From: Elusimicrobiota bacterium
GTDB taxonomy: Bacteria > Elusimicrobiota > Elusimicrobia > Elusimicrobiales > UBA9959
Length of the DNA stretch: 64,000 nt
Assembly (NCBI GenBank): GCA_037137395.1
Contig: JBAXKK010000002.1
Span: 1 to 64,000 of the forward strand
Direction: 5' to 3'
The notes beneath the pieces are model-generated. The model did not search any database and was not told where the DNA came from. It saw nothing but the letters and a program-made list of their open reading frames with translations. How positions within the stretch are numbered: the first letter of the stretch is position 1; each line of letters begins with the position of its first letter. Positions 50,136 to 60,504 of the stretch are shown here, piece by piece. The position numbers and the translations under genes are program-made.

Positions 50136-50535
50136 CTCCCGCCTTTTTTACCTCTTCAGCCCCGTCCGGGAAACATGTTACTGTTTTCCCCGTCAAAAGT
50201 CCGGCGTGCGCCAGCACTACAGGTGAAATACAGATAGCTCCTATAAGCTTCCCTTGTGTCACCGCCCGTTGAAAAATCTTATGGACCTTTTCGTTGTCCA
50301 GGTACTCCAGAGCTCCGGGCCCGCCCACCAGGGTCAAAGCGTCGTAATCGGCTGGGTTTATTTCATCAATGATATAGTCCACCTGGGCCGTGACACGAAA
50401 TTTCCCCCGCGCCAAACCTATGGCGGTGGAAACCGTGTCCACTTTGATGCCGGCAGCCTCAAGGGCCTTTTTGGGCTCGGTATATTCCTCATCCCGAAAC
50501 CCCTGAAAAGCAATAAACATCGCTGCTTTTTTCAT
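50029..50535 (-). CDS. DJ-1/PfpI family protein
   Basis: FRDEEY, VGGPGA, GAICISP and VTASGP motifs. Confidence 0.9.
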   Translation of the reverse strand: MKKAAMFIAFQGFRDEEYTEPKKALEAAGIKVDTVSTAIGLARGKFRVTAQVDYIIDEINPADYDALTLVGGPGALEYLDNEKVHKIFQRAVTQGKLIGAICISPVVLAHAGLLTGKTVTCFPDGAEEVKKAGARYTGTDLEVDGKLVTASGPVPAKKYGLALAELLK

Positions 50536-50726
50536 ATTATCTCCCATTTGCGGATACCGGCAAATAGATATCTCCTACCCTTTTCCACATCCCTATAACC
50601 GGCTTTAATAGGAGTATAATATTTATTTATGGGGGTATTCTTGCCGAAGCGTTATTATTTTGTTAAATTCTATAAAAGGACTTCCGCATTCAAGTTACTC
50701 CATAAACGAAAGCCCTCGGAGAAAAC

Positions 50727-51845
50727 ATGACTACCGCTGCTGCCGTAAGAAAAACAGTCTTAAACGAGACCATGAGCAAGGCCGGGGGCAAAATGGTGGA
50801 TTTCCACGGCTGGGAACTACCTATACAGTTTGAAGGCATCCTGAAGGAGCACGCCGCCGTCCGGAACTCCGCCGGCATCTTCGATGTTTCCCACATGGGT
50901 CAGGTATTCGTCACAGGCCCTGACAGCTTTAAACTACTGCAGAAGACCAACGCCAACGATCTGCGCAAGGCCACGGTTGGAAAGGGCGTCTATTCCCACC
51001 TGCTGAACGAGAATGGCGGCCTGGTGGACGACATTATAGCTTTCTGCCTGGCGCTCAACCGCTATCTGGTTATAGTCAACGCCACCACCAGCACTAAAGA
51101 TTTTAACTGGCTCTCCGCAAAAGCCGCCAAAATGAATGTCACGGTAGAAAACAAGAGCGATGATTATTCCATGGTAGCAGTGCAGGGCCCCAATGTACCT
51201 AAAATGATGGAAATATTTGCTCCGGAAGCCGTAAAATTGCCGCGCTTCGGCATTGTTGAAAAGAAACTTTTCGGCGCAGACTGCTTCATCAGCCGCACCG
51301 GCTACACCGGCGAGGATGGCTTTGAGATTACCGCCCCCCACTCCGTGATAATCAATATCTGGAACAAGATGATGGAGCTGGGTAAACCCTACAATATTGT
51401 TCCCTGCGGCCTGGGCGCGCGCGACACGCTGCGCCTCGAATCCGGCTATCTCCTTTACGGACAGGATGTGGACGATGACCACACAACCTACGAGTCTAAT
51501 TACGGCTGGGTGGTAGCCATGGATAAAGGCGACTTTACGGCTAAAGACATTCTACTAAAGCAAAAAGCTGAAGGCCTGAATAGGAAACTGACAGGTCTAA
51601 CGCTCACAGCTGGCGGCGTACCCAGGCCCGGCTGCAAAGTTTTCAAGGACGGAAAAGAACTGGGCCAGCTTGCCAGCGCCACTTATTCCCCCACGCTCAA
51701 AAAAGGTATAGGCGTGGGATACCTGTCCGCCCCTGACCTCAAACCCGGGGAACCTCTGGAGGTGGAGATCCACGGCAAGCGCGTCCCGGCGATTGTGGCA
51801 AAAGTTCCCTTCCACAAGGGCACGGCTTTTACTTTCAAACTGTAG
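50727..51845 (+). CDS. gcvT: Glycine cleavage system aminomethyltransferase T
   Basis: FDVSHMG, SRTGYTGEDGFE and GLGARDTLRLE motifs. Confidence 0.96.
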   Translation: MTTAAAVRKTVLNETMSKAGGKMVDFHGWELPIQFEGILKEHAAVRNSAGIFDVSHMGQVFVTGPDSFKLLQKTNANDLRKATVGKGVYSHLLNENGGLVDDIIAFCLALNRYLVIVNATTSTKDFNWLSAKAAKMNVTVENKSDDYSMVAVQGPNVPKMMEIFAPEAVKLPRFGIVEKKLFGADCFISRTGYTGEDGFEITAPHSVIINIWNKMMELGKPYNIVPCGLGARDTLRLESGYLLYGQDVDDDHTTYESNYGWVVAMDKGDFTAKDILLKQKAEGLNRKLTGLTLTAGGVPRPGCKVFKDGKELGQLASATYSPTLKKGIGVGYLSAPDLKPGEPLEVEIHGKRVPAIVAKVPFHKGTAFTFKL

Positions 51846-51896
51846 CGCGACATACAAAACTTAGTTTCATTCAACTAGCCAGGAGATAATAAAAAT

Positions 51897-52286
51897 ATGC
51901 CTAAACAGGAAGAAGCGAAGTATACAAAAACGCATGAATGGATTTTAGTACAGGGGCAGGAAGCCACCGTGGGGCTGTCCGACCACGCCCAGCACGAGAT
52001 GGGCGATATAGTGTTTGTGGAACTGCCAAAATCCGCACAGAAGGTTGAAAAGGAAAAGCCCTGCGCCGTGGTAGAATCGGTCAAGTCAGCCTTTGATATA
52101 TACGCCCCCGTTTCCGGCCAGATTTCGGCCTTAAACGACGAAGTCACCAAGGATCCCGCCCTGATAAACCAATCTCCCATGGATAAAGCGTGGCTTTTCA
52201 AAATACAACTTTCTGACACCGATCAGGTCAAAGATCTGATGGACTGGCCCGCCTACCAGGAATTCATAAAGCAGGCAGCGCATTAG
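51897..52286 (+). CDS. gcvH: Glycine cleavage system H protein
   Basis: HEW motif and lipoyl-lysine motif VESVKSA. Confidence 0.96.
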   Translation: MPKQEEAKYTKTHEWILVQGQEATVGLSDHAQHEMGDIVFVELPKSAQKVEKEKPCAVVESVKSAFDIYAPVSGQISALNDEVTKDPALINQSPMDKAWLFKIQLSDTDQVKDLMDWPAYQEFIKQAAH

Positions 52287-52308
52287 GACAGCGCTAAAGC
52301 GCTGTCCT

Positions 52309-52454
52309 GCCATATGCCATAAGCTATAGGCCATACGCGGAAAGTACAATTATACGCCTTAAGCTTTATCGTATTATGAAGCGCATCATTGAAAGTCCTT
52401 TTACTACTTAAATTTTAAGTTTCTGCGTATGGCCTATAGCGTATAGCTTATGGC
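52309..52454. repeat. Heptamer-based palindromic intergenic element, family A
   Basis: 35-bp inverted arms at 52309-52343 and 52420-52454 (31/35 match) around an AT-rich spacer. Confidence 0.85.
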
Positions 52455-52489
52455 AATAGCAATAACCACACTAACTACAGGACCAAATT

Positions 52490-53827
52490 ATGTTCATCGC
52501 CAACACTCAAAAAGACCGCGAGGAGATGCTCCGAACCATCGGCGTTTCCTCCATTAAAGACCTCTTAAAACAGGTCCCAGAAAAATTCCTATACCCCGCC
52601 TTTAGCCTTCCGGAGACCTCTCTCGACGAGCAGCAGACCGCGCGCCGCATGAAAACTCTCGCCGCGGCTAACACGGCGCACCTAAGCTTCCTGGGCGCCG
52701 GCGCCTACGAACGCTACATCCCCGCGGCGGTAAAGTCCCTCATCTCAAGGGGCGAATATCTTACCGCTTACACCCCATATCAGGCCGAAGCCAGCCAGGG
52801 CATACTGCAGACCATATATGAATACCAGAGTTCAGTCTGCGCTCTTTACGCCATGGACTGCGCCAACGCTTCAATGTACGACGGAGCCAGCGCTTTCGGC
52901 GAGGCCGTGCGCGCAGCGGTTCGCATCACCGGCAAAAAAAAAGTGCTCTGCCAGGAAACCCTCAACCCTCAGTACCTGACTACGCTTAAAACCTATTTTT
53001 CCAATTCCAGCGATTACCAGTTCATCACCATACCTGCCAGGGATGGTATTATGGACGCCGATAAGTTGGCTGTCCTCCTGGGCCCGGACACGGCCTGCGT
53101 GGCCTTCCAGACACCAAACTTCTTCGGCCTTATGGAAGACGCGCCGAAGATCTCGGAGATGGCGCATAAAACCGGCGCGCTTGTGGTGGCTGCGGCAGAT
53201 CCGGCCAGCCTGGGCCTGTTTATCCCTCCGGGCGACTACGGGGCGGACTTCGCGGTTGGTGAAGGCCAGAGCCTCGGACTTCCTTTAAGCTACGGCGGCC
53301 CTTATCTCGGAATTTTCGCGTGCAAAAAAGAATATGTGCGCCAGATGCCAGGCAGAATAGCCGGCATGACAAAAGATAAGGACGGCAAGCGCGGCTTCGT
53401 GCTTACCCTCCAGGCCAGGGAACAGCACATACGACGTGACAAGGCGGCTTCCAATATCTGTTCCAATGAAGCCCTCTGCGCTTTAAGCGCCACCATCTAC
53501 CTGGCGCTCCTCGGTCCGGAAGGTCTGAAGGAACTGGCGCGCGCCAACGCCGCAGCCGCGGCTTTCACGGCGGAGAAGCTCTCCGGAGTAAAAGGCGCAA
53601 AGCTCAAGTTTAACGGGACATTCTTCAATGAGTTCGTGCTGGAAATTAAAGGCGACGCCGCGGAACTCAGGGAGAAAGTGCTGATAAAGGAACATATAGA
53701 CATCGGGCTGCCGCTCAAAGACCTTTACCCCGCCCTCGGCCCCGGCGCGCTGCTAGTATGCGCCACCGAGACCAAGACCGAAGCGGATATACTCAGGCTT
53801 GTGAAAGCGCTGGGAGAGAACATATGA
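52490..53827 (+). CDS. gcvPA: Glycine dehydrogenase subunit 1
   Basis: TAYTPYQAEASQG, NASMYDG and LQAREQHIRRDKAASNICSN motifs. Confidence 0.96.
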   Translation: MFIANTQKDREEMLRTIGVSSIKDLLKQVPEKFLYPAFSLPETSLDEQQTARRMKTLAAANTAHLSFLGAGAYERYIPAAVKSLISRGEYLTAYTPYQAEASQGILQTIYEYQSSVCALYAMDCANASMYDGASAFGEAVRAAVRITGKKKVLCQETLNPQYLTTLKTYFSNSSDYQFITIPARDGIMDADKLAVLLGPDTACVAFQTPNFFGLMEDAPKISEMAHKTGALVVAAADPASLGLFIPPGDYGADFAVGEGQSLGLPLSYGGPYLGIFACKKEYVRQMPGRIAGMTKDKDGKRGFVLTLQAREQHIRRDKAASNICSNEALCALSATIYLALLGPEGLKELARANAAAAAFTAEKLSGVKGAKLKFNGTFFNEFVLEIKGDAAELREKVLIKEHIDIGLPLKDLYPALGPGALLVCATETKTEADILRLVKALGENI

Positions 53828-55275
53828 ACGATATAACAAAACTCGATAACCGCTTAAGCATTGAAAGATCCGATCCGGGCCGGCGGGCCGTCAGATTTAA
53901 TAATCTGCTGAAAGCAAAAGAGGCCCTCCCCGCCGGGCTGGCCAGAAAAGCCCCCCCGAAACTTCCGGAGCTTTCGGAATTAGACGTGGTGCGCCATTAC
54001 ACCGGACTTTCAAAAATTAACTTTTCGGTAGACACCCACTTTTATCCGCTGGGTTCCTGCACCATGAAGTACAATCCGAAGATCAACGAAGAGGCGGCGG
54101 CCCTGGAAGGTTTCGCAAATCTTCATCCGCTGGCTCACGACAAAACCTCGCAAGGCACGCTTGAGATGCTCTATGATCTGGAAAAACGCCTTTGCGCCCT
54201 GTGCGCGATGGACGCCTTCACCCTCCAGCCGGCCGCCGGCGCGCACAGCGAATTTACCGGCCTGCTGATAGCCAAAGCCTACTTTGCTAAGAGAGGCGAA
54301 GATCAGCGCGTGGATATAATTTGTCCCGACTCCGCTCACGGCACCAACCCGGCCACAGCATCCATGCTGGGTTTCAACACGATAAACATCAAATCCGGTC
54401 CCGACGGCCGGGTAGACCCGGCAGACCTTAAAGCGCACCTGGGCGACAAGACAGCCGTGCTCATGCTGACCGTGCCCAACACGCTGGGGATCTTTGAGTC
54501 CCGCATAGAAGAAATAGCCGAAATGGCTCACAAAGCCGGCGCGCTCGTCTATATGGACGGGGCAAATTTCAACGCTCTGATCGGTATTGTGAAGCCGGGA
54601 GATCTAGGCGTAGATATTATGCACATCAACGCTCATAAAACCTTTTCCACACCGCACGGCGGAGGCGGACCAGGAGCGGGCGGCATCGGCGTCAAGCGGA
54701 GACTGGAGGAATTTTTGCCGGTGCCCCGCGTGAGACTGGAAGACGGAATCTACCGGACCGATTTCTGCTGTCCGGATTCCATTGGCAAAGTAAAGGCTTT
54801 CTTCGGCAATGTGGGAGTGCTGACACGCGCCTACGCCTACTTGTTAATGCACTCGAAAAAGGAACTGGCCCAAATATCGGAAAACGCCATACTTAACGCC
54901 AATTATATGAAGAGCCGTCTTCAGAATATTTATCCGGCACACTCAGGCGACTACTGCATGCATGAGTGCGTCCTTACCCCTCCTGCGGCGCTGGCGGCCA
55001 AAGGACTGAAGACCCTTGATATCGCCAAACGGCTGCTGGATTACGGATTTCACGCGCCGACAATCTACTTCCCGCTGATCGTACACGAAGCGATAATGAT
55101 TGAACCCACCGAGACCGAATCCAGAGAAACCATGGACTCCTTCATAGAAACCATGCTCATAATAAACAACGAGGGCGCCGCGAACCCGCAGTTGCTGAAA
55201 GACGCGCCCCACACAATGCCGGTAAAACGACTGGACGAGGTTCAGGCCGCCAGGCAGCCAAATTTGCGGTGGTAA
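53824..55275 (+). CDS. gcvPB: Glycine dehydrogenase subunit 2
   Basis: YPLGSCTMKYNP, SAHGTNPA and HKTFSTPHGGGGPG motifs. Confidence 0.96.
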   Translation: MNDITKLDNRLSIERSDPGRRAVRFNNLLKAKEALPAGLARKAPPKLPELSELDVVRHYTGLSKINFSVDTHFYPLGSCTMKYNPKINEEAAALEGFANLHPLAHDKTSQGTLEMLYDLEKRLCALCAMDAFTLQPAAGAHSEFTGLLIAKAYFAKRGEDQRVDIICPDSAHGTNPATASMLGFNTINIKSGPDGRVDPADLKAHLGDKTAVLMLTVPNTLGIFESRIEEIAEMAHKAGALVYMDGANFNALIGIVKPGDLGVDIMHINAHKTFSTPHGGGGPGAGGIGVKRRLEEFLPVPRVRLEDGIYRTDFCCPDSIGKVKAFFGNVGVLTRAYAYLLMHSKKELAQISENAILNANYMKSRLQNIYPAHSGDYCMHECVLTPPAALAAKGLKTLDIAKRLLDYGFHAPTIYFPLIVHEAIMIEPTETESRETMDSFIETMLIINNEGAANPQLLKDAPHTMPVKRLDEVQAARQPNLRW

Positions 55276-55292
55276 GTAAGGGCGCCGCGCCC

Positions 55293-55397
55293 GCCATTAG
55301 CCATATGCTCTAGGCCATACGCAGAAACACTGTTAGTTGCCATAAGCATTCACTTCTAAACTTTTCTGCAAATGGCAAATGGCCAACGGCTTACAGC
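55293..55397. repeat. Heptamer-based palindromic intergenic element, family A
   Basis: Left arm GCCATTAGCCATATGCTCTAGGCCATACGCAGAAA with a degenerate right arm. Confidence 0.75.
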
Positions 55398-55408
55398 AAC
55401 AACGTAAT

Positions 55409-56107
55409 ATGACTGAAGGCCTTATAATCGAAACTCATCCGCTCGACGCTTATCAACAAATGGCGGCGGATGAAGTCCTTTGCGACGCGCTGCTTTCCCC
55501 TTACACCCTGCGCTTTTACAACTGGAGCGGGCCGGCCGTAACCTTCGGATATTCACAGCGTATCTTATCGGTGCGCTCTGCGGTCGGCCCTGAGAAGGTC
55601 ACCTGGCCCATGACGCGCCGGCCTACCGGCGGCGGGATCGTCTTACATGAAAGCGATCTCACCTTCTCCTTCATCTTCCACCAGCCCGGAGCTTATTTCG
55701 AGCCGGCAAAAACATATGACCGCCTGCACCGCGCCATAACCGGTGGCTACGCGGGAGCGGGAATCAGTTTTGATTTGCTTAAAGAAAACACCATTGACTA
55801 CAAAACCAACAACCCCGTAATGGACTGCTTCGCTAAGCCGGTAAATCTGGATATTATGTATAATAAGAAAAAAGTGCTTGGAGGAGCCCTGCGAAAATTC
55901 GGAGACTATATGCTTTATCAGGCTTCTTTTCAGGCTCCGGACGCAAGAAGCAAAGCGGCTTTTCACAGGGATATAATTGTTAACGCCTTTGGCCTGGAAT
56001 TTGGCCTTTCGTGGCGCGGCGCCGAATTTTCAGATCGGGAAACGGATAAAGTAAAAGCCCTCGCGCTCACGAAGTACGCGTCCAGGGAATGGAACGAGCG
56101 GATATAA
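55409..56107 (+). CDS. Lipoate-protein ligase/octanoyltransferase family protein
   Basis: QMAADE, LRFYNW, RRPTGGGIVLH and KKVLGGA motifs; follows the gcv genes. Confidence 0.88.
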   Translation: MTEGLIIETHPLDAYQQMAADEVLCDALLSPYTLRFYNWSGPAVTFGYSQRILSVRSAVGPEKVTWPMTRRPTGGGIVLHESDLTFSFIFHQPGAYFEPAKTYDRLHRAITGGYAGAGISFDLLKENTIDYKTNNPVMDCFAKPVNLDIMYNKKKVLGGALRKFGDYMLYQASFQAPDARSKAAFHRDIIVNAFGLEFGLSWRGAEFSDRETDKVKALALTKYASREWNERI

Positions 56108-56218
56108 CAGCAATGGCGAGTGATTAGTAACTAGTGGCGAGAAAGAAACCCCTTTACCAACAGCCACACGCTACTCACTGACCACTAGACGATAGCGAAG
56201 TCCCAAGGAGAAAAACTT

Positions 56219-56449
56219 ATGATCGCATTCGTATTATGCAAACTGGTAGCCGGTCTTGAGCAGAAGGCCGTGCAACAAATAAAGAGCGTGCGCGGCGTAA
56301 AAGACGTATACCTGACCTTCGGCGGCTGGGACGCCGTCCTTGTGACGGAATCCGACACCATAGACAAACTCAGCGGCCTGATAGTGCGCGAGGTCCGCGG
56401 GATACATGGCGTGCAGACGACCGAAACCCTGGTCACAACCAACTTATAA
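56219..56449 (+). CDS. Stand-alone Lrp/AsnC ligand-binding domain protein
   Basis: AFVL...GVKDVYLTFGGWD...VRGIHGVQTTETL; AGGAG RBS. Confidence 0.8.
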   Translation: MIAFVLCKLVAGLEQKAVQQIKSVRGVKDVYLTFGGWDAVLVTESDTIDKLSGLIVREVRGIHGVQTTETLVTTNL

Positions 56450-56491
56450 CCGCTAAAAATATTATTAAATTATCCCCAGAGGTAACATAAA

Positions 56492-56906
56492 ATGGAAAAT
56501 TCCGGTTTCTCTAATCCTGCCGACAAACTCATACTGATAGCGGACGATGACGAGTCTGTCAGAGAACTCATTGAGTGCGTGGTGAAGAAAGAAGGCTTCA
56601 AGGTGGAGAAAGCCGGGGATGGTGAGGAAGCCCTTCAGAAAGCCCGGCAGGTTCATCCAGACCTCATCTTGTTGGATCTCATGATGCCAAAAATTCGGAG
56701 GGTTTGAGACGCTCCGCGAACTCCAGAGCGATGAAACCACCAGCATCCCAATAATTATCATTACCGGCCGTTACACAGATAGATCAACCTCGGAAATGAT
56801 AAAACAGGAACCCAATGTCGTGGAATTTATTGAGAAACCTGTAAAGCCCCACGCTCTGACCGCGGCATTGCATAAAGTTCTAAAGACCCGGCCGATTCAA
56901 AAATAA
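56492..56906 (+). pseudogene. Single-domain response regulator with a +1 frameshift (possible sequencing error)
   Basis: IADDD and LLDLMMPK; removing one A from the run at 56689-56693 restores FGGFETLRELQ...PIIIITG...FIEKPV to the stop at 56906. Confidence 0.8.
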
Positions 56907-56931
56907 TATACCATCTGACAGGATTGTCATC

Positions 56932-57624
56932 TTGAGTAAGGTAATGCTAGCCCTGCTGATTTCCCCACTGACCGCGGCTACGGCTTTCGCCACGGCCGCT
57001 CTGGCGTGTTCCGCCCTGGCGCGCCTTCAGGCAGCCCTCCCTCTTCTGCTGGGGGCGGCCCTTTACTGTCCTCTGCACTTCTATCTACCCCGAAACCGAT
57101 TTTTTTATGTCCTCTCCCACGAATTAAGCCACGCTCTCGCGGCTTTGGCCAGCGGTGTTAAAGTGAGGAGGATAAACATCGGCAGGACCGGCGGCTTTGT
57201 GACATTGAACGCCACTAACGCGTTCATCTCGCTGGCGCCATATTTCATCCCTTTCTACGCGCTCGCGGCAGGGTTGACATACTGGCTGGCGGCCTATTTT
57301 TGCGATATGTCGCCCTACAGATCCGTTTTTATCGGCGCCACCGGTTTTTTTCTGACTTTCCATCTACTGAACACCGGCGACATTCTGACCGGGCCCGTAC
57401 AGAGCGACCTAAAAAAGGCCGGGGGAGTTTTTTTTTCCGTCTCCATGGTGCTGCTGCTCAACAGCCTGTGCCTGGCCCTGGCGCTAAAAATGATATTTCC
57501 GGACCTCGTCTCGCTTAAGAGTTACGCCGCAGGAGTTTATAATGTGACCGGAGTTATAACCGGCTGGTTGTTCGCGGCCGCGTCTTACCTCTTTAATACT
57601 GCTAAAATATATCTGCGTTCATGA
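56932..57624 (+). CDS. M50-like membrane metallopeptidase
   Basis: HELSH motif in a hydrophobic context; LAPYF. Confidence 0.65.
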   Translation: MSKVMLALLISPLTAATAFATAALACSALARLQAALPLLLGAALYCPLHFYLPRNRFFYVLSHELSHALAALASGVKVRRINIGRTGGFVTLNATNAFISLAPYFIPFYALAAGLTYWLAAYFCDMSPYRSVFIGATGFFLTFHLLNTGDILTGPVQSDLKKAGGVFFSVSMVLLLNSLCLALALKMIFPDLVSLKSYAAGVYNVTGVITGWLFAAASYLFNTAKIYLRS

Positions 57625-59825
57625 AACAGCCAAAAACCACCAGTCTGATTAAGCAGATAGCGCTGAGGATAATATTCCTCCCACTTATCTTCGCTTTTCT
57701 TTTTCTGGTGACAGGCACCATAATCGTTAAGACCATGTTCACGCCCCGTGACCTTGAGGCGGTCGTCACGGACCAGCTCCAGGGGCTATTTAAAAGACCG
57801 GTCCAGATAGACTCCGCCAGAATCTCGCTTACAGGTGAGATAAAGATCAAGGGGCTGAGGGTGATCGAGCCCGGACCGGAAGCTTTAAATTTTGTGACCG
57901 CCGACTATATTTTTGCCACCTATCGCCTGACCCCGCTTTTAAACCGCAGGATAGTAATAAACAGCATAATTCTGGTCTCACCTAAAATCGAGCTCATAAA
58001 AAAATCTTCCGGCAGCTGGAATTTTTCTGATATCCTGGAGGCTTATAGCCATCCTTCCGTTAAAAAAAACCGCCTGAATAAGATAGCCTCGGCCGAGATC
58101 CGGGAAGGAGTTATAAACCTTCGCTACCCAGGGGAAAAAACCGCTTACTCGTTCGAGAACGTGAGCCTGACCCTTAAAGATTTTAAACCCGCCGCGGATA
58201 CGCCCTTCTACCTGTCTGTTTTTTTTAAGCGGAAGGCGCTGGGCAGAGACCTGGCAGGGCGCATCTATGCCGAGGGGGTAGTAAACTTCAGCGATTTCAA
58301 TATGGCGATGGCCGAAGCGAAGGATTTGGCGATAACTTTCTCGGTGTTGAACAAATCTTTCAAAGCCGAGGGTTCAATAAAGAATTTCAGAAGGCCCGCC
58401 ATAGAACTGGTAACCCGCGCCGAGAAACTCAACAGCTCTGACCTGTCTCCTTTTTTTAAAGGCCTGTACGATTTCGCTTTGCCACCAACTAAGTGGCAGT
58501 TGAAGGCGCAGATGGCTGAAGACAAGACACTTAACATGTCCGTAAAAGTGGACCCGCTGGATCTCCGGGCCGACGGCTTTATTAAATTTACCAGCAGCCG
58601 CACGGCCTACGCCTTCACGATTTTCACCCCGCCTTTCAATCTGGCGGAACTAAAAAGGACAGCCCCCGATCTTCCGCTTAGCGAAGCCTCCGGAATCGCC
58701 CAGGTCAGACTGAGCGTCAACAACAAGTCCGGAAAGTTCGCCATATCAAAAGTGGTCCTGACCTCCAATAAGGCCAATTTCCTTTACAAAAATCTGCACT
58801 TTGACAGCCTGAACCTCTCAGCCCTTTTTTCCGAGGGCTTTAAAAACAATTACCTCAACATTCAGGATGGAAAAATGGTGATGGACGGCTTCAGTCTCAA
58901 GGGGCTGAAAGTGACCACCCAACTGTCCCGCGAAAAATTTACCGGCGATTATTCGGCCCTCTGGGGCGACGACCCGATGAAAGGCCGTATCGTTATAGTT
59001 AACCCGCTGACCGACAAGAAAACCGCGGAGTTCACCGGTTATTCCCGACGCCTGGACCTTAAGGAAGGGCGCAACTTTCTACTGGAGCTGAAAAAAGTGA
59101 GGACCCCGGATAAGACCCGACGGAGCTACAAGGCAAACCTGGCCTGGGTCAGGACCGTTAAGAATTCAATCCCCACCGGGTTCGCGGATTTTCGCCTGCT
59201 TTATAAGGCCGACTTTTTAAAGCACGAGTATATAGACGCACGCAATTTCTATCTGGCCGCCAATCTTAGAAATATAGCCGGACAGATAGAAAAGCTCAAG
59301 GGTGACGTTTCCATCCGGTCCGGCGGCGGGACATTCTACGACGTGCAAAAAATGTCCGAGCAGGACCGCATATACTATATTTTTTCCCTGCCAATACTTA
59401 CAATGTACCGCCTCAACAGGATGGGGGCTCTCAAGTTCGGCTACAAACTCAACGATGTTAATTTTAATTCTATAGGCGGTGACTACACGCTGGACTCCGG
59501 GAAGATTAATATCCGCAATTTCTACATGGCCGGAAAAGAGTTTTCCATCTATACCACCGGCACTCTGGACCTCGCGAACGAGAATATTAAGTTAAAAGTT
59601 TATACAATATCAGATAAGTACTATTCCATGGGAAGCCTGCCGGAGACCCTTACAGACGCCAGCGGGAAACCGGCTCTCGCCTTCACAATAGAAGGCATGA
59701 TGAATAAGCCTACCATAACGATGATGAACCCTAGAGAAGCGGGCAGCATCATAGAGGAAGCGATAAAGAAAGGCGTCGAGATGGATCTGGCGAAGATAAA
59801 TAATTTTGCGGCGGGAGGCAAGTAA
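57621..59825 (+). CDS. AsmA family protein
   Basis: N-terminal TM; ILVSPKIELIK..GSWNFSDI; C-terminal GTLDL...FTIEGMMNKP. Confidence 0.72.
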   Translation: MKQPKTTSLIKQIALRIIFLPLIFAFLFLVTGTIIVKTMFTPRDLEAVVTDQLQGLFKRPVQIDSARISLTGEIKIKGLRVIEPGPEALNFVTADYIFATYRLTPLLNRRIVINSIILVSPKIELIKKSSGSWNFSDILEAYSHPSVKKNRLNKIASAEIREGVINLRYPGEKTAYSFENVSLTLKDFKPAADTPFYLSVFFKRKALGRDLAGRIYAEGVVNFSDFNMAMAEAKDLAITFSVLNKSFKAEGSIKNFRRPAIELVTRAEKLNSSDLSPFFKGLYDFALPPTKWQLKAQMAEDKTLNMSVKVDPLDLRADGFIKFTSSRTAYAFTIFTPPFNLAELKRTAPDLPLSEASGIAQVRLSVNNKSGKFAISKVVLTSNKANFLYKNLHFDSLNLSALFSEGFKNNYLNIQDGKMVMDGFSLKGLKVTTQLSREKFTGDYSALWGDDPMKGRIVIVNPLTDKKTAEFTGYSRRLDLKEGRNFLLELKKVRTPDKTRRSYKANLAWVRTVKNSIPTGFADFRLLYKADFLKHEYIDARNFYLAANLRNIAGQIEKLKGDVSIRSGGGTFYDVQKMSEQDRIYYIFSLPILTMYRLNRMGALKFGYKLNDVNFNSIGGDYTLDSGKINIRNFYMAGKEFSIYTTGTLDLANENIKLKVYTISDKYYSMGSLPETLTDASGKPALAFTIEGMMNKPTITMMNPREAGSIIEEAIKKGVEMDLAKINNFAAGGK

Positions 59826-59826
59826 T

Positions 59827-60423
59827 ATGTCTAAACTTGGAAAATTCGACGTGGTCGGGCTCCTTCAGGAGCACGGCGCCATTTTAAACGGACATTTCCA
59901 GCTTCCCTCCGGGTTCCATACCCAGACATACATACAGACTTCGCTGGTTATGCAGTACCCCAACCTCGCTCATAAGGTAGCCAAGGAGATGGCTTCTAAA
60001 TTTGCCCAGGAGATAAATGTAGTGATCTCCCCCTCCGTGGGGTCCATGGTTATAGGTCAGGAAGTGGCCCGCGTAAAAAAAGCCCGCTCAATTTTCACCG
60101 AGCGCATAAACGGAGTGATGGTCCTAAAAAGGGATTTTAAAATAGCGGAAGGCGAGCGCGTCCTAGTGGTGGACGATGTACTCAACACGGGACGCCTGTG
60201 CTCCGAAGCCATAAATCTGGCCAGGGGTTACGGAGCCAAGGTAGTAGGCGTAGTTGCTATTGTTGACCGCTCCACCGCCGACCTAACCCTTAATGTGCCC
60301 GTCAGGGGTCTTATCTCATATCCGCTTCAGCTTTTCACTCCCGACAACTGTCCGCTATGCAGGCAGAAAATGCCGCTGACCGTGCCGGGATCCACGATTC
60401 ATCACGCTCACAATCAGGAGTAG
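59827..60423 (+). CDS. pyrE: Orotate phosphoribosyltransferase
   Basis: GHFQLPSGFH, PRPP-binding VLVVDDVLNTG, IVDRS and C-terminal CPLC. Confidence 0.85.
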   Translation: MSKLGKFDVVGLLQEHGAILNGHFQLPSGFHTQTYIQTSLVMQYPNLAHKVAKEMASKFAQEINVVISPSVGSMVIGQEVARVKKARSIFTERINGVMVLKRDFKIAEGERVLVVDDVLNTGRLCSEAINLARGYGAKVVGVVAIVDRSTADLTLNVPVRGLISYPLQLFTPDNCPLCRQKMPLTVPGSTIHHAHNQE

Positions 60424-60504
60424 GAAAAGCACAGAATTAGGACCAGAAGGCGGGAGAATTAACCATTTAGGGAAACTCCTTCCGGTTTCCTAATCCTCCG
60501 ACTT

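Noticed and set aside
50600..50726. Glycine riboswitch upstream of gcvT
   Set aside because: The leader is short and AT-rich and lacks the GGAGA/CCGAAG/CUCUCAGG aptamer pattern.
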